Shown here one piece after another: positions 53,545-62,136 of a stretch of DNA of 64,000 bases. The notes under the pieces were generated by a model. That model did not search any database. It was not told the DNA's origin and saw only the letters and a program-made list of their open reading frames with translations. Origin of the DNA: Vicinamibacteria bacterium (GTDB lineage Bacteria; Acidobacteriota; Vicinamibacteria; Marinacidobacterales; Marinacidobacteraceae). The position numbers were made by a program, and so were the translations under genes. Location of the stretch: the NCBI GenBank assembly GCA_963555995.3, contig OY821641.1, forward strand, positions 928,001 to 992,000. Reading direction: 5' to 3'. Positions within the stretch are counted from its first letter, which is position 1. Each line of letters begins with the position of its first letter.

Positions 53545-55728
53545 ATGTCCCGGGTGCGCGTGGCGGTCGCGGTTCTCGCAACCCTCGGCTGGGGCGTGCC
53601 GTCATGGGCCTTCTCCGGCCGGGTGCTCCTCGACAGCGGCGAGCCGGCGGCCGGCGCGATCGTCCAGATCCTGGGGCATCCCGGCTCGGTGGTGACCGAC
53701 GGCGAGGGCCGTTTCGAGTGGCTTCCGGACCCCGCGCCGCCGTTCCACGTGCTGGTGGTCCTTCCCGGAGATCGCTACACCTCCCCGGTCTTCGTCCAGT
53801 CCCTCGACGGATCGCCGGTGGAGATCGAGGTCGAAACCCTCGAGATCTCGGAGAGCGTGACGATCACGAGCGGAGCGGTCCCGCACACCGAGGCCACTCC
53901 CGGAAGCGCCCCGGCGGTCATCTCCGGCGAGGCGATCCGCACCCGCCAGGCCCCCCGGCTCATTGATGTGCTGGAGGCGGTCCCCGGCGGCGGCCGCAGC
54001 AGCGACCTCCATGCCGGCGTCCCCTCCATCCGCGGCATGTCAAGGGGCCGGACGGTGCTGCTCCTCGACGGCGCGCGGATCACGACGGAGCGCCGCGCCG
54101 GGGCGAGCGCCTCGTTCCTCGACCCGTTCTTCCTCGAGACGGTCGAGGTAGTGCGCGGCCCGTCCTCGGTGGCCTACGGCTCCGACGCCTTCGGCGGCGT
54201 CATCCACGCCCGCACCCGGCGCCCGGTCCCCGGGAGCCCCTTGGCGGCGCGCGGCCGGGCCACCCTGGGCGCCGGGCTGCCGGAGGCGAGCTTCGGGGCG
54301 GAGGTCACGGGGTCGGCGCTCGGGGCCGGCCTCCTTGCCCAGGTGCGGCGGCGCGTCTTCTCCGAGTACTCGAGCCCCGAGGGCAGGGTGGCGGGATCGG
54401 GCGCCCGGGATTTCGGTTTCCTGCTGCGCGGCGCGCGGGAGGTTGCGGGCGGCCTGCTCGGGGTGGGACTCCAGGTGGATGCGGCGCGGGACGTGGGCCG
54501 CCCGCGGCGTTCGCCGTCGTTCACGTCCTATCCGTTCGAGGACTCGGCCCGGGTGGTGGCCGACTACCAGCTCGCGCCGCGCTGGGGGTTCGCGCGGCTC
54601 GACGCCACGGGGTTCCTGGGGGCCCACCGTCTCCTGACCCGGCGCGAGGAGGGCGGCAGCGCGGCGGATTCCGAGGTGGCGGCGCATGACTTCATGCTGC
54701 GCACGCGCGGCGTCCGTCCCTTCGGCAACGGCCGTCTCGAACTCGGCGCCGAGGTCCTGAGCCGTTTCGGCCTCTATTCCGGTTCGGGGGTGGACGGCAG
54801 GACGTCGGCCCACCGGGAAGGCGAGGAGTTCGCCTCGGGCCTCGACGGCGCCCTCCGCCGCGAGGCATCGGTGTACGGCCACGCGGAACAGCCGTTCCAC
54901 GCGCGGCTCGCCGGGAGCGCCGGCGCGCGGCTTTCCGGGGTCAGCACCAGGGCGGGAGAGGATGCCCGCGCCGGTACGACCACCAGCCACGGAGCCCTGA
55001 GCGGTTTTGTCGCGTTGCGGGCCGACCTGGCGGACGGGCTCGCGCTGACCGGGCAGCTCTCGCGCGGTTTCCGCGACCCGACCCTGTCGGATCGCTACTA
55101 CGCGGGGATCACCGGCCGCGGGTTCGCCTACGGCAATCCCGACCTGACCCCGGAGCGTTCGCTCCAGGCGGACCTGTCGCTTCGCTACGACGGCGACGGC
55201 GTTCACGGCGGCCTCTACGCCTATCGCTACCGGATCACGGATCTCGTCGAGCGCTACGAGAACGGAGAAGACCTCTACTTCTTCCGGAATCGCGGCGAGG
55301 CCCGGCTCTCCGGCGTCGAGTTCGAGATCCAGGTCGGCGCCTCGGGGGACCCCTTCCTGCTGGATCTCGCCGGCGGTCTGACGCGGGGAAAGACGGAGGA
55401 CGGGGCGGCGCTCGACGGGGTGCCTCCGGCCAACTTCCGGGCGGGACTGCGCCGCCGCCTTCCTGCCCGGAGCTTCGCCGAGGTCGTGCTGCTGGCCTTC
55501 GCCGCCGACCGGGACCCGGGTCCCACCGAGTCGGTCCTGGATGCCTACGCCCGCCTCGACGCCGCCCTGGGCTTCCCGATCACCGGCGGCGCCGAACTGC
55601 GCCTCTCCGGCCGCAACCTCCTGAACGCCGCGTATCCCATCAGCGCCGACGCGCGTGCAGTGCTGGCTCCGGGCAGGAGTCTGGTCGGCACCATCGTCTG
55701 GAACCTCGGGGCGTCGTCGGGGCCCTAG
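53545..55728 (+). CDS. TonB-dependent receptor
   Basis: Carboxypeptidase-regulatory-like N-domain, plug (IRG, EVVRGPSS..YG..A.GGVI), GFR.P, GNPDL.PE, NLLN..Y, PGR. Confidence 0.9.
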   Translation: MSRVRVAVAVLATLGWGVPSWAFSGRVLLDSGEPAAGAIVQILGHPGSVVTDGEGRFEWLPDPAPPFHVLVVLPGDRYTSPVFVQSLDGSPVEIEVETLEISESVTITSGAVPHTEATPGSAPAVISGEAIRTRQAPRLIDVLEAVPGGGRSSDLHAGVPSIRGMSRGRTVLLLDGARITTERRAGASASFLDPFFLETVEVVRGPSSVAYGSDAFGGVIHARTRRPVPGSPLAARGRATLGAGLPEASFGAEVTGSALGAGLLAQVRRRVFSEYSSPEGRVAGSGARDFGFLLRGAREVAGGLLGVGLQVDAARDVGRPRRSPSFTSYPFEDSARVVADYQLAPRWGFARLDATGFLGAHRLLTRREEGGSAADSEVAAHDFMLRTRGVRPFGNGRLELGAEVLSRFGLYSGSGVDGRTSAHREGEEFASGLDGALRREASVYGHAEQPFHARLAGSAGARLSGVSTRAGEDARAGTTTSHGALSGFVALRADLADGLALTGQLSRGFRDPTLSDRYYAGITGRGFAYGNPDLTPERSLQADLSLRYDGDGVHGGLYAYRYRITDLVERYENGEDLYFFRNRGEARLSGVEFEIQVGASGDPFLLDLAGGLTRGKTEDGAALDGVPPANFRAGLRRRLPARSFAEVVLLAFAADRDPGPTESVLDAYARLDAALGFPITGGAELRLSGRNLLNAAYPISADARAVLAPGRSLVGTIVWNLGASSGP

Positions 55729-55756
55729 CAGCCGGTAGCAAGACCCGCGCGGCGTC

Positions 55757-55960
55757 TCGCCCGTCCTCCGGACGGGTGATTCCGCAGGAGCGCCGGTCTT
55801 CAGGCCGGCATCGTCCCCCGCGGGGGGACGAAACTCCGATGCTTCGTTCGCCGTATGGCAGGGCGTCACCGGAGACGGCGCTCCGCCATGCGGCAGGGTG
55901 ATCACGGGAGTTTCGCCCGTCCGCCGGACGGGCGATGCTGCTCCGAAGAACGGCGCTCCC
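55757..55960. repeat. REP cluster/REPIN: unit at 55787-55837 (+) and inverted unit at 55906-55960 (-), plus extra hairpins
   Basis: GGAGCGCCGGTCTTCAGGCCGGCATCGTCCCCC..GGGGGACGAAACTCC and reverse-oriented degenerate copy. Confidence 0.75.
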
Positions 55961-56361
55961 GGCGGTCTCCCTCGGTGGCTCGCACCATTTCCGGAACACC
56001 ACGCCAGTCCACAGTGACAGTTTTTGGGATATGCCGTGAACCACAAACGTAACGGCCAACGGACTTCCGACGCCAGTCTTTGACCAGGACCGCGACAACT
56101 CCCGATCGAATGGCTGTCGTAGCGCCACGGACGCTGCCGACCATCGTTCGTGACTGATTGTCCTTACATTCATTACAGCCTGTTTTCGTGGACAGTCAGA
56201 GTATTGGGACTGGTTCGGACGGGCGCCCCGCCGTGAAACAAAGCCAAGTACGTCGTACGAAACAGGGAATCACCCTTTGGTTCGCATGCGGAGTTCGGTT
56301 ACCGCCTGCGATATGTGACACATGAAACTGACACGTATTACGTTGAGATGAGGAATGGACG

Positions 56362-58059
56362 ATGAATCTCACGGTTTCCGAGTTGGCTCTTGCCGTAGGC
56401 AAACAGGAAAACTATGTGCGTCAACACATACATCGGCGTCATCTCACGGTTCGCCGACAGGGACGAACCGTCTGGGTTCCTCTTCACGAGGCCGTGAAGT
56501 GGGCGGCAACCCGGGGACTTTCGTTCGTGCCGCCCAAACGGATCGCCCTGACGTTACTCGACCAGGGGGAAAGGGTCGGGCGGCTCACGGTCCTCGCCTG
56601 GCATCCCGAAAGCGGTCTGGCGCGGAACCTGTTCACGTTTATGCGTCATCGAAAACGCGAGGCCGTGGGACCGTGGTCCGGCAAACCGGATGCAACGTGG
56701 ACCCTGGAGGAGCTCGATGGTGATCTGAGTCTGCTGTCTTTCAACGCTTCGTACGAGGAATGCCAGCAGCACGTCGAAGGCATCCTTCAGTCGGGAGTAC
56801 TTGAGGCGCACGAACTCGAGATTCACTACATCCTCGAAGACAATCCGAGGAACCACTGGGCCTACCGGGACTACCGGCGCCGGTCGGAGAGTTCGATACG
56901 GAGCCCGTTCTCGACGCACAGCGCCGCGATCACCGAGTACTGGAGTTTCGAAGACGAACCTCGCAAGCAGTGGTTGTCGGTGTCGGACCCCCTCGCCGGG
57001 CGATTGCGCGTGGCGCTTCGGCGTCTCGGCTTTCCGCTCGACAGATGTCCGGAACGAGTCGGCAACCTGCTGGTCGCCGGCGCCGAGGACGCGATCACGT
57101 GTCGCCTCACCGCGCATCACGACCGGACGCTTCGACTTCATGTCGAAGCCAGGGGGCTTCTCCCCCAGACCTATCGCGCGACCGTATGGGCAAGTCACAG
57201 CGGGGACGAGGTGCTTCGAAGGGAGGTGCCGGTCATTCCGGGGCAGACGACGATCGAACTCGTTTCCGAGGTGGACCGCGCCGGTTTCGCTGTCTGCCGC
57301 GATTTCGACGGGCAGTACGTGGATCTGGTGGAGAACCTGCCCGGGATGGAGCCGTCCCCTGCGGGGCGGCGGGGCGACCCGCCGCTCCAGCAGGTCCGGG
57401 ATCCGGTGGCGCGCCTTCCGCAGCGGGTCCGGCCGTCTGGTTCGGACGCTGCCGTTTCGGGGCGTCCCGGGCCGACCGTACGGCTCGACCGGGGGATCCG
57501 GCAGCAGTGGCTGCACCGCGTTGCGCATCAGAGGGAGGCCGGGGCTCGCCGCGACGCCAACCTGGTGCGCTTCGGCCCCGGCCGGTTCGCGGACGCGGCG
57601 CGGCATTTCCTCTACCTCGTTTCGCGCGACTCCGACCACCCGGGGCCGACCTACCTGGCCGATCCGTGTCTCGTCGGACACACGCTGGCGGACGAGGTGA
57701 CCCGGCTCTTCGGGGAGATGTGCCAGGCGATGCGGCGCGGGCCGCTGCGGATCCTGTGCGCGGAGCGCCAACCGAACGACGCTCCGACGTGGTGGGCCCG
57801 CTACCTGCGGCAGACCGACGCCGACGTGACCGTGCGGACCTTCGTGAATCGCTCCGATGAGCGGGGGTGCTTTCACGACCGATACCTGATCACTCCCGCG
57901 CGCGAAGTCCTGATCACGAATTCGTTCAACGGCTGGAATCGTTTCGGCGTGACCTTCGTGAGTCTTCCCTACGGGCTCTACCGCGCGGAAGCGGAGAAGC
58001 TGTGGGCTCTGGATCCGGACACCCCCGCCTCGGACGTCCTCGTCCGCGAGATTTCGTGA
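56362..58059 (+). CDS. Uncharacterised protein: N-terminal HTH (MerR/excisionase-like), C-terminal PLD-like HDR domain
   Basis: LTVSELA.AVG....YVR..I; YLADPC...FHDRYLI....ITNSFNG; SD-like GAGG upstream. Confidence 0.65.
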   Translation: MNLTVSELALAVGKQENYVRQHIHRRHLTVRRQGRTVWVPLHEAVKWAATRGLSFVPPKRIALTLLDQGERVGRLTVLAWHPESGLARNLFTFMRHRKREAVGPWSGKPDATWTLEELDGDLSLLSFNASYEECQQHVEGILQSGVLEAHELEIHYILEDNPRNHWAYRDYRRRSESSIRSPFSTHSAAITEYWSFEDEPRKQWLSVSDPLAGRLRVALRRLGFPLDRCPERVGNLLVAGAEDAITCRLTAHHDRTLRLHVEARGLLPQTYRATVWASHSGDEVLRREVPVIPGQTTIELVSEVDRAGFAVCRDFDGQYVDLVENLPGMEPSPAGRRGDPPLQQVRDPVARLPQRVRPSGSDAAVSGRPGPTVRLDRGIRQQWLHRVAHQREAGARRDANLVRFGPGRFADAARHFLYLVSRDSDHPGPTYLADPCLVGHTLADEVTRLFGEMCQAMRRGPLRILCAERQPNDAPTWWARYLRQTDADVTVRTFVNRSDERGCFHDRYLITPAREVLITNSFNGWNRFGVTFVSLPYGLYRAEAEKLWALDPDTPASDVLVREIS

Positions 58060-60200
58060 TGCCGGTCAAACCGGGCGGCGCTTCCTCCCTGTCAGCGGAA
58101 GCCCGCGAGACGGTCTGGCGGATCTTCGGGGCCGGAGCCCGGCCGGGGGGCAGGGGCTCGGTATTCGACAACATCGAACCCATGATCCGCGAGCATGTGC
58201 CGCCGGCCGACCGGGACCGCGCCATCGTGACGATCGGCGACTGGTTCGAATCGGGCGCCCACACCCGGTGGCTGAAACCGGACCACGCCGAGTTGGCCGC
58301 CGATCTGGTGATCCAGGGGGTCGGTCCGCGCCGCTCCGAAGATGCCGTTTGGGCGATCGGATCGATCGGAGTCGAACTGTCGGCCGCCATGATCAGGCAG
58401 CGCTGGGCCGGGGAAGAGATCCGAACCCTCGTGGACGCGGCCGTGAACGTGCTGAACCGGACCGAGGCGCACGTGCGGCCGGAGGATCGCTTGCCCGGGT
58501 TGGAGAACGAGGGGGCGGGCAGCTTCCCGGGAGCCGTATCCCGGGACGGGATCGTGGCCGCGTTTGCGCGGCTCGAGGAAGAGAGTCTGGAACTCGTGAA
58601 CCAGGGACTGCACCCGACGGTAGCCAATCTGATTGACCTGGCGGTCGAGCTCTTCCCGGAACAGGTTCCCGCGCTTGTCTCCCGGCTGGCGGCGCCGGCC
58701 ATGCAGGCCAGGGCGGCGCGACGCGCGGTGACCCGGACGCCTCCCGGCGATCCGGGGGCGATCGTCGGATGGATCACCGAACATGCCGCCGATACGGCCG
58801 TTGCGCTCGCCATCGTGCATGTCCTGGGCGCGGCGAGGAAACTGGACGACACCCGGGCGCCGCGAAGCGACCCTTCGCGGGCGCCCGCGGGGAAGGACAG
58901 TCCCGGGCAGGCGCCGGAACATCCCGCGGATGCCGCCGGAAACCTGGTTCTTCGACTCCTGGAGCGTCTGGCGAGCCTGGGCTCGCCGGATTGCCTGCGG
59001 TGGATCGGTGAGGTGCTGAACCAGGCTCCGCGGGCCCTGTCGGCGCCGGGCGCCGGAGAGAAGCCGGGGCTCCTGGCCCGCGTCGAGGACGAGTGCACGC
59101 GACTGGCGGTGAGACGCTTCCGCGAGTCGGGATCCGCGCCTTTGCTCTCGCACTTCCAGGTGGGGCTCCTGCCCGGTCGGGGGAGGCACTGGGTGCGCCA
59201 CCAGGCGGCGATTGCCCGGGCGATGCGCGAATCGGATCCGCGACGGGCCGAGGAGCTCGCGCGGGCGACCCTTGCCGAACACCGGCGACAGTTGGCGGAA
59301 CAGCCGGATGGCCACTACCTGGCCCCCGACTGGGACCGCTGGAGCGATCGGGAATGGCTTGAGGGCCTGGGAACGGCGCTCGCCCTGGGACAGAGGGATC
59401 TGGATCTCCGGGCCTGGGTCGCCAACGAATGCCGGGACCTCCCCCTGAGCGTCTGGGACGCCGAGGAGGATCCCGATGGATTCGCGACGGCGGAGCAGAT
59501 TGCGCAGCACTGGTTCCTGGTCGCGCTGCTCGCGATTCCGCAGCGGCGGGAGTTCGGCCGAGCTCTCGGGCCGCCCGTGGTGCGCGCCCTCGCCGAAGCG
59601 GTCTGGGCTCACTGCAGGTTCTGCCGGCCGTATCTCCCGACCCATCCGGAAGCGTCGGTCGCCGCCGAGTTGGCGGCCCGCTACGCAATGCAGAGCGGGC
59701 GGGACAACGACCAGTGGCTGCTCGACCAGGCGCGCGGCGAAGGCGTGGGTCCCGGAGCTCTCCGCGTCCTGCTGGAGGAGCGGCGATCCCGCCGCCATCC
59801 GCCGGTCGAAGACCTCTCGGACCCTGACGACCTGATCGTGGCGGAACTGGTGCGGATCGCGCTGGACCGATTCGACGATGGCGGCCAGTTCGACCTGGAG
59901 AGCCTTCGCGACTGGGGAAGGCTCTGGCTCCTGGTCGGCGCGGTGGACCCGGCGGAGAGGACGGCCATGGCCATCGTCAGTTTCCCCCTGCGCGCCGCGG
60001 ATCGGCACTCGCGGATCCTGGCGCTCAAGCTGCTCGGGCTGGTCGTTCGCCACCGCAAACCGCGTCCCGGCGTGGCCGAGTACGTGGTACCGCTCTACAA
60101 CCAGCTCTGGCCGGTGTTCGCCGTCACCCCGAACCAGGAAAGGGAAGACCGCGAGGAAATCGAGAAGGCTTTCCTGGGTTCGGACCTCATCGCCGGGTAG
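58059..60200 (+). CDS. Uncharacterised large, probably alpha-helical protein (about 713 aa), coupled to upstream gene
   Basis: TGATG stop/start overlap; long Trp/Leu/Ala-rich ORF; no recognised motif. Confidence 0.65.
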   Translation: MPVKPGGASSLSAEARETVWRIFGAGARPGGRGSVFDNIEPMIREHVPPADRDRAIVTIGDWFESGAHTRWLKPDHAELAADLVIQGVGPRRSEDAVWAIGSIGVELSAAMIRQRWAGEEIRTLVDAAVNVLNRTEAHVRPEDRLPGLENEGAGSFPGAVSRDGIVAAFARLEEESLELVNQGLHPTVANLIDLAVELFPEQVPALVSRLAAPAMQARAARRAVTRTPPGDPGAIVGWITEHAADTAVALAIVHVLGAARKLDDTRAPRSDPSRAPAGKDSPGQAPEHPADAAGNLVLRLLERLASLGSPDCLRWIGEVLNQAPRALSAPGAGEKPGLLARVEDECTRLAVRRFRESGSAPLLSHFQVGLLPGRGRHWVRHQAAIARAMRESDPRRAEELARATLAEHRRQLAEQPDGHYLAPDWDRWSDREWLEGLGTALALGQRDLDLRAWVANECRDLPLSVWDAEEDPDGFATAEQIAQHWFLVALLAIPQRREFGRALGPPVVRALAEAVWAHCRFCRPYLPTHPEASVAAELAARYAMQSGRDNDQWLLDQARGEGVGPGALRVLLEERRSRRHPPVEDLSDPDDLIVAELVRIALDRFDDGGQFDLESLRDWGRLWLLVGAVDPAERTAMAIVSFPLRAADRHSRILALKLLGLVVRHRKPRPGVAEYVVPLYNQLWPVFAVTPNQEREDREEIEKAFLGSDLIAG

Positions 60201-60291
60201 CGTCGGACCGCGGGTCCGTCCCTGCCGTGCCCCGGGGTCTGGGGATGCCCGCACTCCCGACCCCGTAACATGGCGCGGCGACCCGCGAACC

Positions 60292-60906
60292 ATGACGGAG
60301 CCCGTGGACGAAGCGACCACCCACCGGGAACGGATGCGGACGCTCCAGGCGGAGGTCCGGGAGAAGCGCGCGGCGGCGAGCGACCCGGACCGCGGGCTGG
60401 TGCTGGTCCACACCGGGGACGGGAAGGGGAAGTCCAGCTCCGCCTTCGGGGTCATCGCGCGGTCGCTCGGCTGGGGCCGGAAGGTCGGGGTGGTGCAGTT
60501 CATCAAGGGTAACTGGAAGACCGGCGAGCGGCAGTTCTTCGAGCGCTTTCCGGACCAGGTGGTCTGGCGCACTATGGGCGAAGGGTTCACCTGGGACACT
60601 CAGGACCGCGCCCGGGACATCGAAGTGGCCGCCGGCGCCCTCGCCGTCGCCCGGGAGATGCTGGCGTCCGGAGATTTCGACCTGGTCGTCCTCGACGAGA
60701 TCAACGTCGTGATGAGCTTCGACTACCTGGAAACGGATGCGGTCCTCAAGGCGCTCGGAGCTCGCGCGCCCAGGACCAGCGTGATCCTGACCGGCCGCGG
60801 CGTGCCTCCCGAGGTCACGGAATACGCCGACCTGGTCACCGAGATGCGCGAGGTGAAACACCCCTTCACCACCGGCATCAAGGCCCAGCCCGGCATTGAC
60901 TACTGA
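60292..60906 (+). CDS. cobO: Cob(I)yrinic acid a,c-diamide adenosyltransferase
   Basis: HTGDGKGKSS.AFG, VQFIKG, GEGFTW.TQ, LDEIN, TGR, KHPF..G.KAQ.GI.Y. Confidence 0.95.
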   Translation: MTEPVDEATTHRERMRTLQAEVREKRAAASDPDRGLVLVHTGDGKGKSSSAFGVIARSLGWGRKVGVVQFIKGNWKTGERQFFERFPDQVVWRTMGEGFTWDTQDRARDIEVAAGALAVAREMLASGDFDLVVLDEINVVMSFDYLETDAVLKALGARAPRTSVILTGRGVPPEVTEYADLVTEMREVKHPFTTGIKAQPGIDY

Positions 60907-60919
60907 GATCCGGCCGACT

Positions 60920-60972
60920 GGGACCGCCGGTCTCCAGACCGGCATCGTCCCCCGTCAGGGGGACGAAACTCC
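60920..60972 (+). repeat. REP-family two-hairpin unit
   Basis: GGGACCGCCGGTCTCCAGACCGGCATCGTCCCCC-GTCA-GGGGGACGAAACTCC; direct-repeat homolog of 55787-55837. Confidence 0.8.
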
Positions 60973-61083
60973 CGTCGCTGATCCGCGGTATGGCGCAACG
61001 TCGGGCGGCGTGGCGCGACATCACACGGAAGGCCGTTACGCCGTGCGGCGTACTGACTCACGCCACCTACTCGGTCCTCAATC

Positions 61084-62034
61084 CTAGGTCAAGCCTTCCG
61101 TACCCATTGCCGTCACATGCCGCGCAGTGTCGTCGGCGACAACAACTCGCATCGCTCTGTTTCCCCAGGTCACTTTCCCAGTCTTTCCGAAGAGATCACC
61201 CTCGGCTGACTTCCCAAGGCCGTAGCCGTCGCGAAAGTGGATCGAAACTACCCAGAGGTGACCAAACCGAGCCGGATACCAAAGTGGTCCGCCCCCGAGC
61301 CTCATTTCACCCCCCCTCTCAGCAAGGGACTCCACCCACTCGTAGAACGACGTGTCCCGACCTCTCGGAAGTAGCACGAGACGGCTTCCCATCTTGACTG
61401 CCCAACACGGCCTCTGTTCACAGTTCATCAGAATTCCGTTTACGTCCCCGAATTCAGGTGGAGCGTCACGAGAAAAATGGCGGATTATCTCCTGACTCGG
61501 TTCCACAATCTGCCTGCGGACATGTTTGATGGCCTCTCCCTTGGCGTACAGGTATCCATGTTTTCCCAGCAAGGAAAATACAGAAAGATATGCCGCCTTC
61601 AACCACGAAACACTTGTGTAGTGTGGCGCGGCGACTCTCCCCGTCAAAGTGATGGTCCTTGCGGAGCGAAGTGACCTGCTAAAGACCTCCTGTGGTACAC
61701 GTAGTTTTGACAGATGAGAGCTGATATTGCCTCGTTCGTCTACCGATATGCGCGCGGTGTGAATCGGAATACCTTGGATTTCCAGTTGTACCTTTTGTTC
61801 GCGTTGAGACTCTACGGTTGCCATTTCCATTCGGCTGGCGCTGTTGTTGCACTTGCTACAGGTGAGGCACATCGCGAACCCACCAGCGTTGAATGCCTTG
61901 GGAGGAACGTGTTCGAGCGTTACTCCTTGGCCCTTCTGAACAGCCGACTCTGTGAAACCATTCAGGCAGATGGGGCACCGATCATTGCCTGAAGCGAACA
62001 GGTCAAGCCGTATTTTTCGTGACGTTCGACTCAT
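61084..62034 (-). CDS. HNH endonuclease with C-terminal extension, low GC
   Basis: CPIC...T.EHVPP.A.......C..CNN zinc-HNH motif. Confidence 0.8.
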   Translation of the reverse strand: MSRTSRKIRLDLFASGNDRCPICLNGFTESAVQKGQGVTLEHVPPKAFNAGGFAMCLTCSKCNNSASRMEMATVESQREQKVQLEIQGIPIHTARISVDERGNISSHLSKLRVPQEVFSRSLRSARTITLTGRVAAPHYTSVSWLKAAYLSVFSLLGKHGYLYAKGEAIKHVRRQIVEPSQEIIRHFSRDAPPEFGDVNGILMNCEQRPCWAVKMGSRLVLLPRGRDTSFYEWVESLAERGGEMRLGGGPLWYPARFGHLWVVSIHFRDGYGLGKSAEGDLFGKTGKVTWGNRAMRVVVADDTARHVTAMGTEGLT

Positions 62035-62136
62035 CAGAAAATTCAGTTCCAGGACGGAGCGAAGCGGATACTACAGACCGACCCTAATCTGGACCGGGCG
62101 AAAGATGAAGTAGGCAGATGCCGCCCCGCCGAACGC

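Noticed and set aside
60201-60291. Cobalamin riboswitch upstream of cobO or the TonB receptor
   Set aside because: Spacers are too short (91 and 49 bp) and no B12-box was recognised
60920-60985. Hammerhead ribozyme (stem followed by GAAAC, then GTC) in REP units
   Set aside because: The required CUGANGA core is not directly 5' of the stem on that strand; CTGAAGA appears only as a hairpin-1 loop in the opposite orientation
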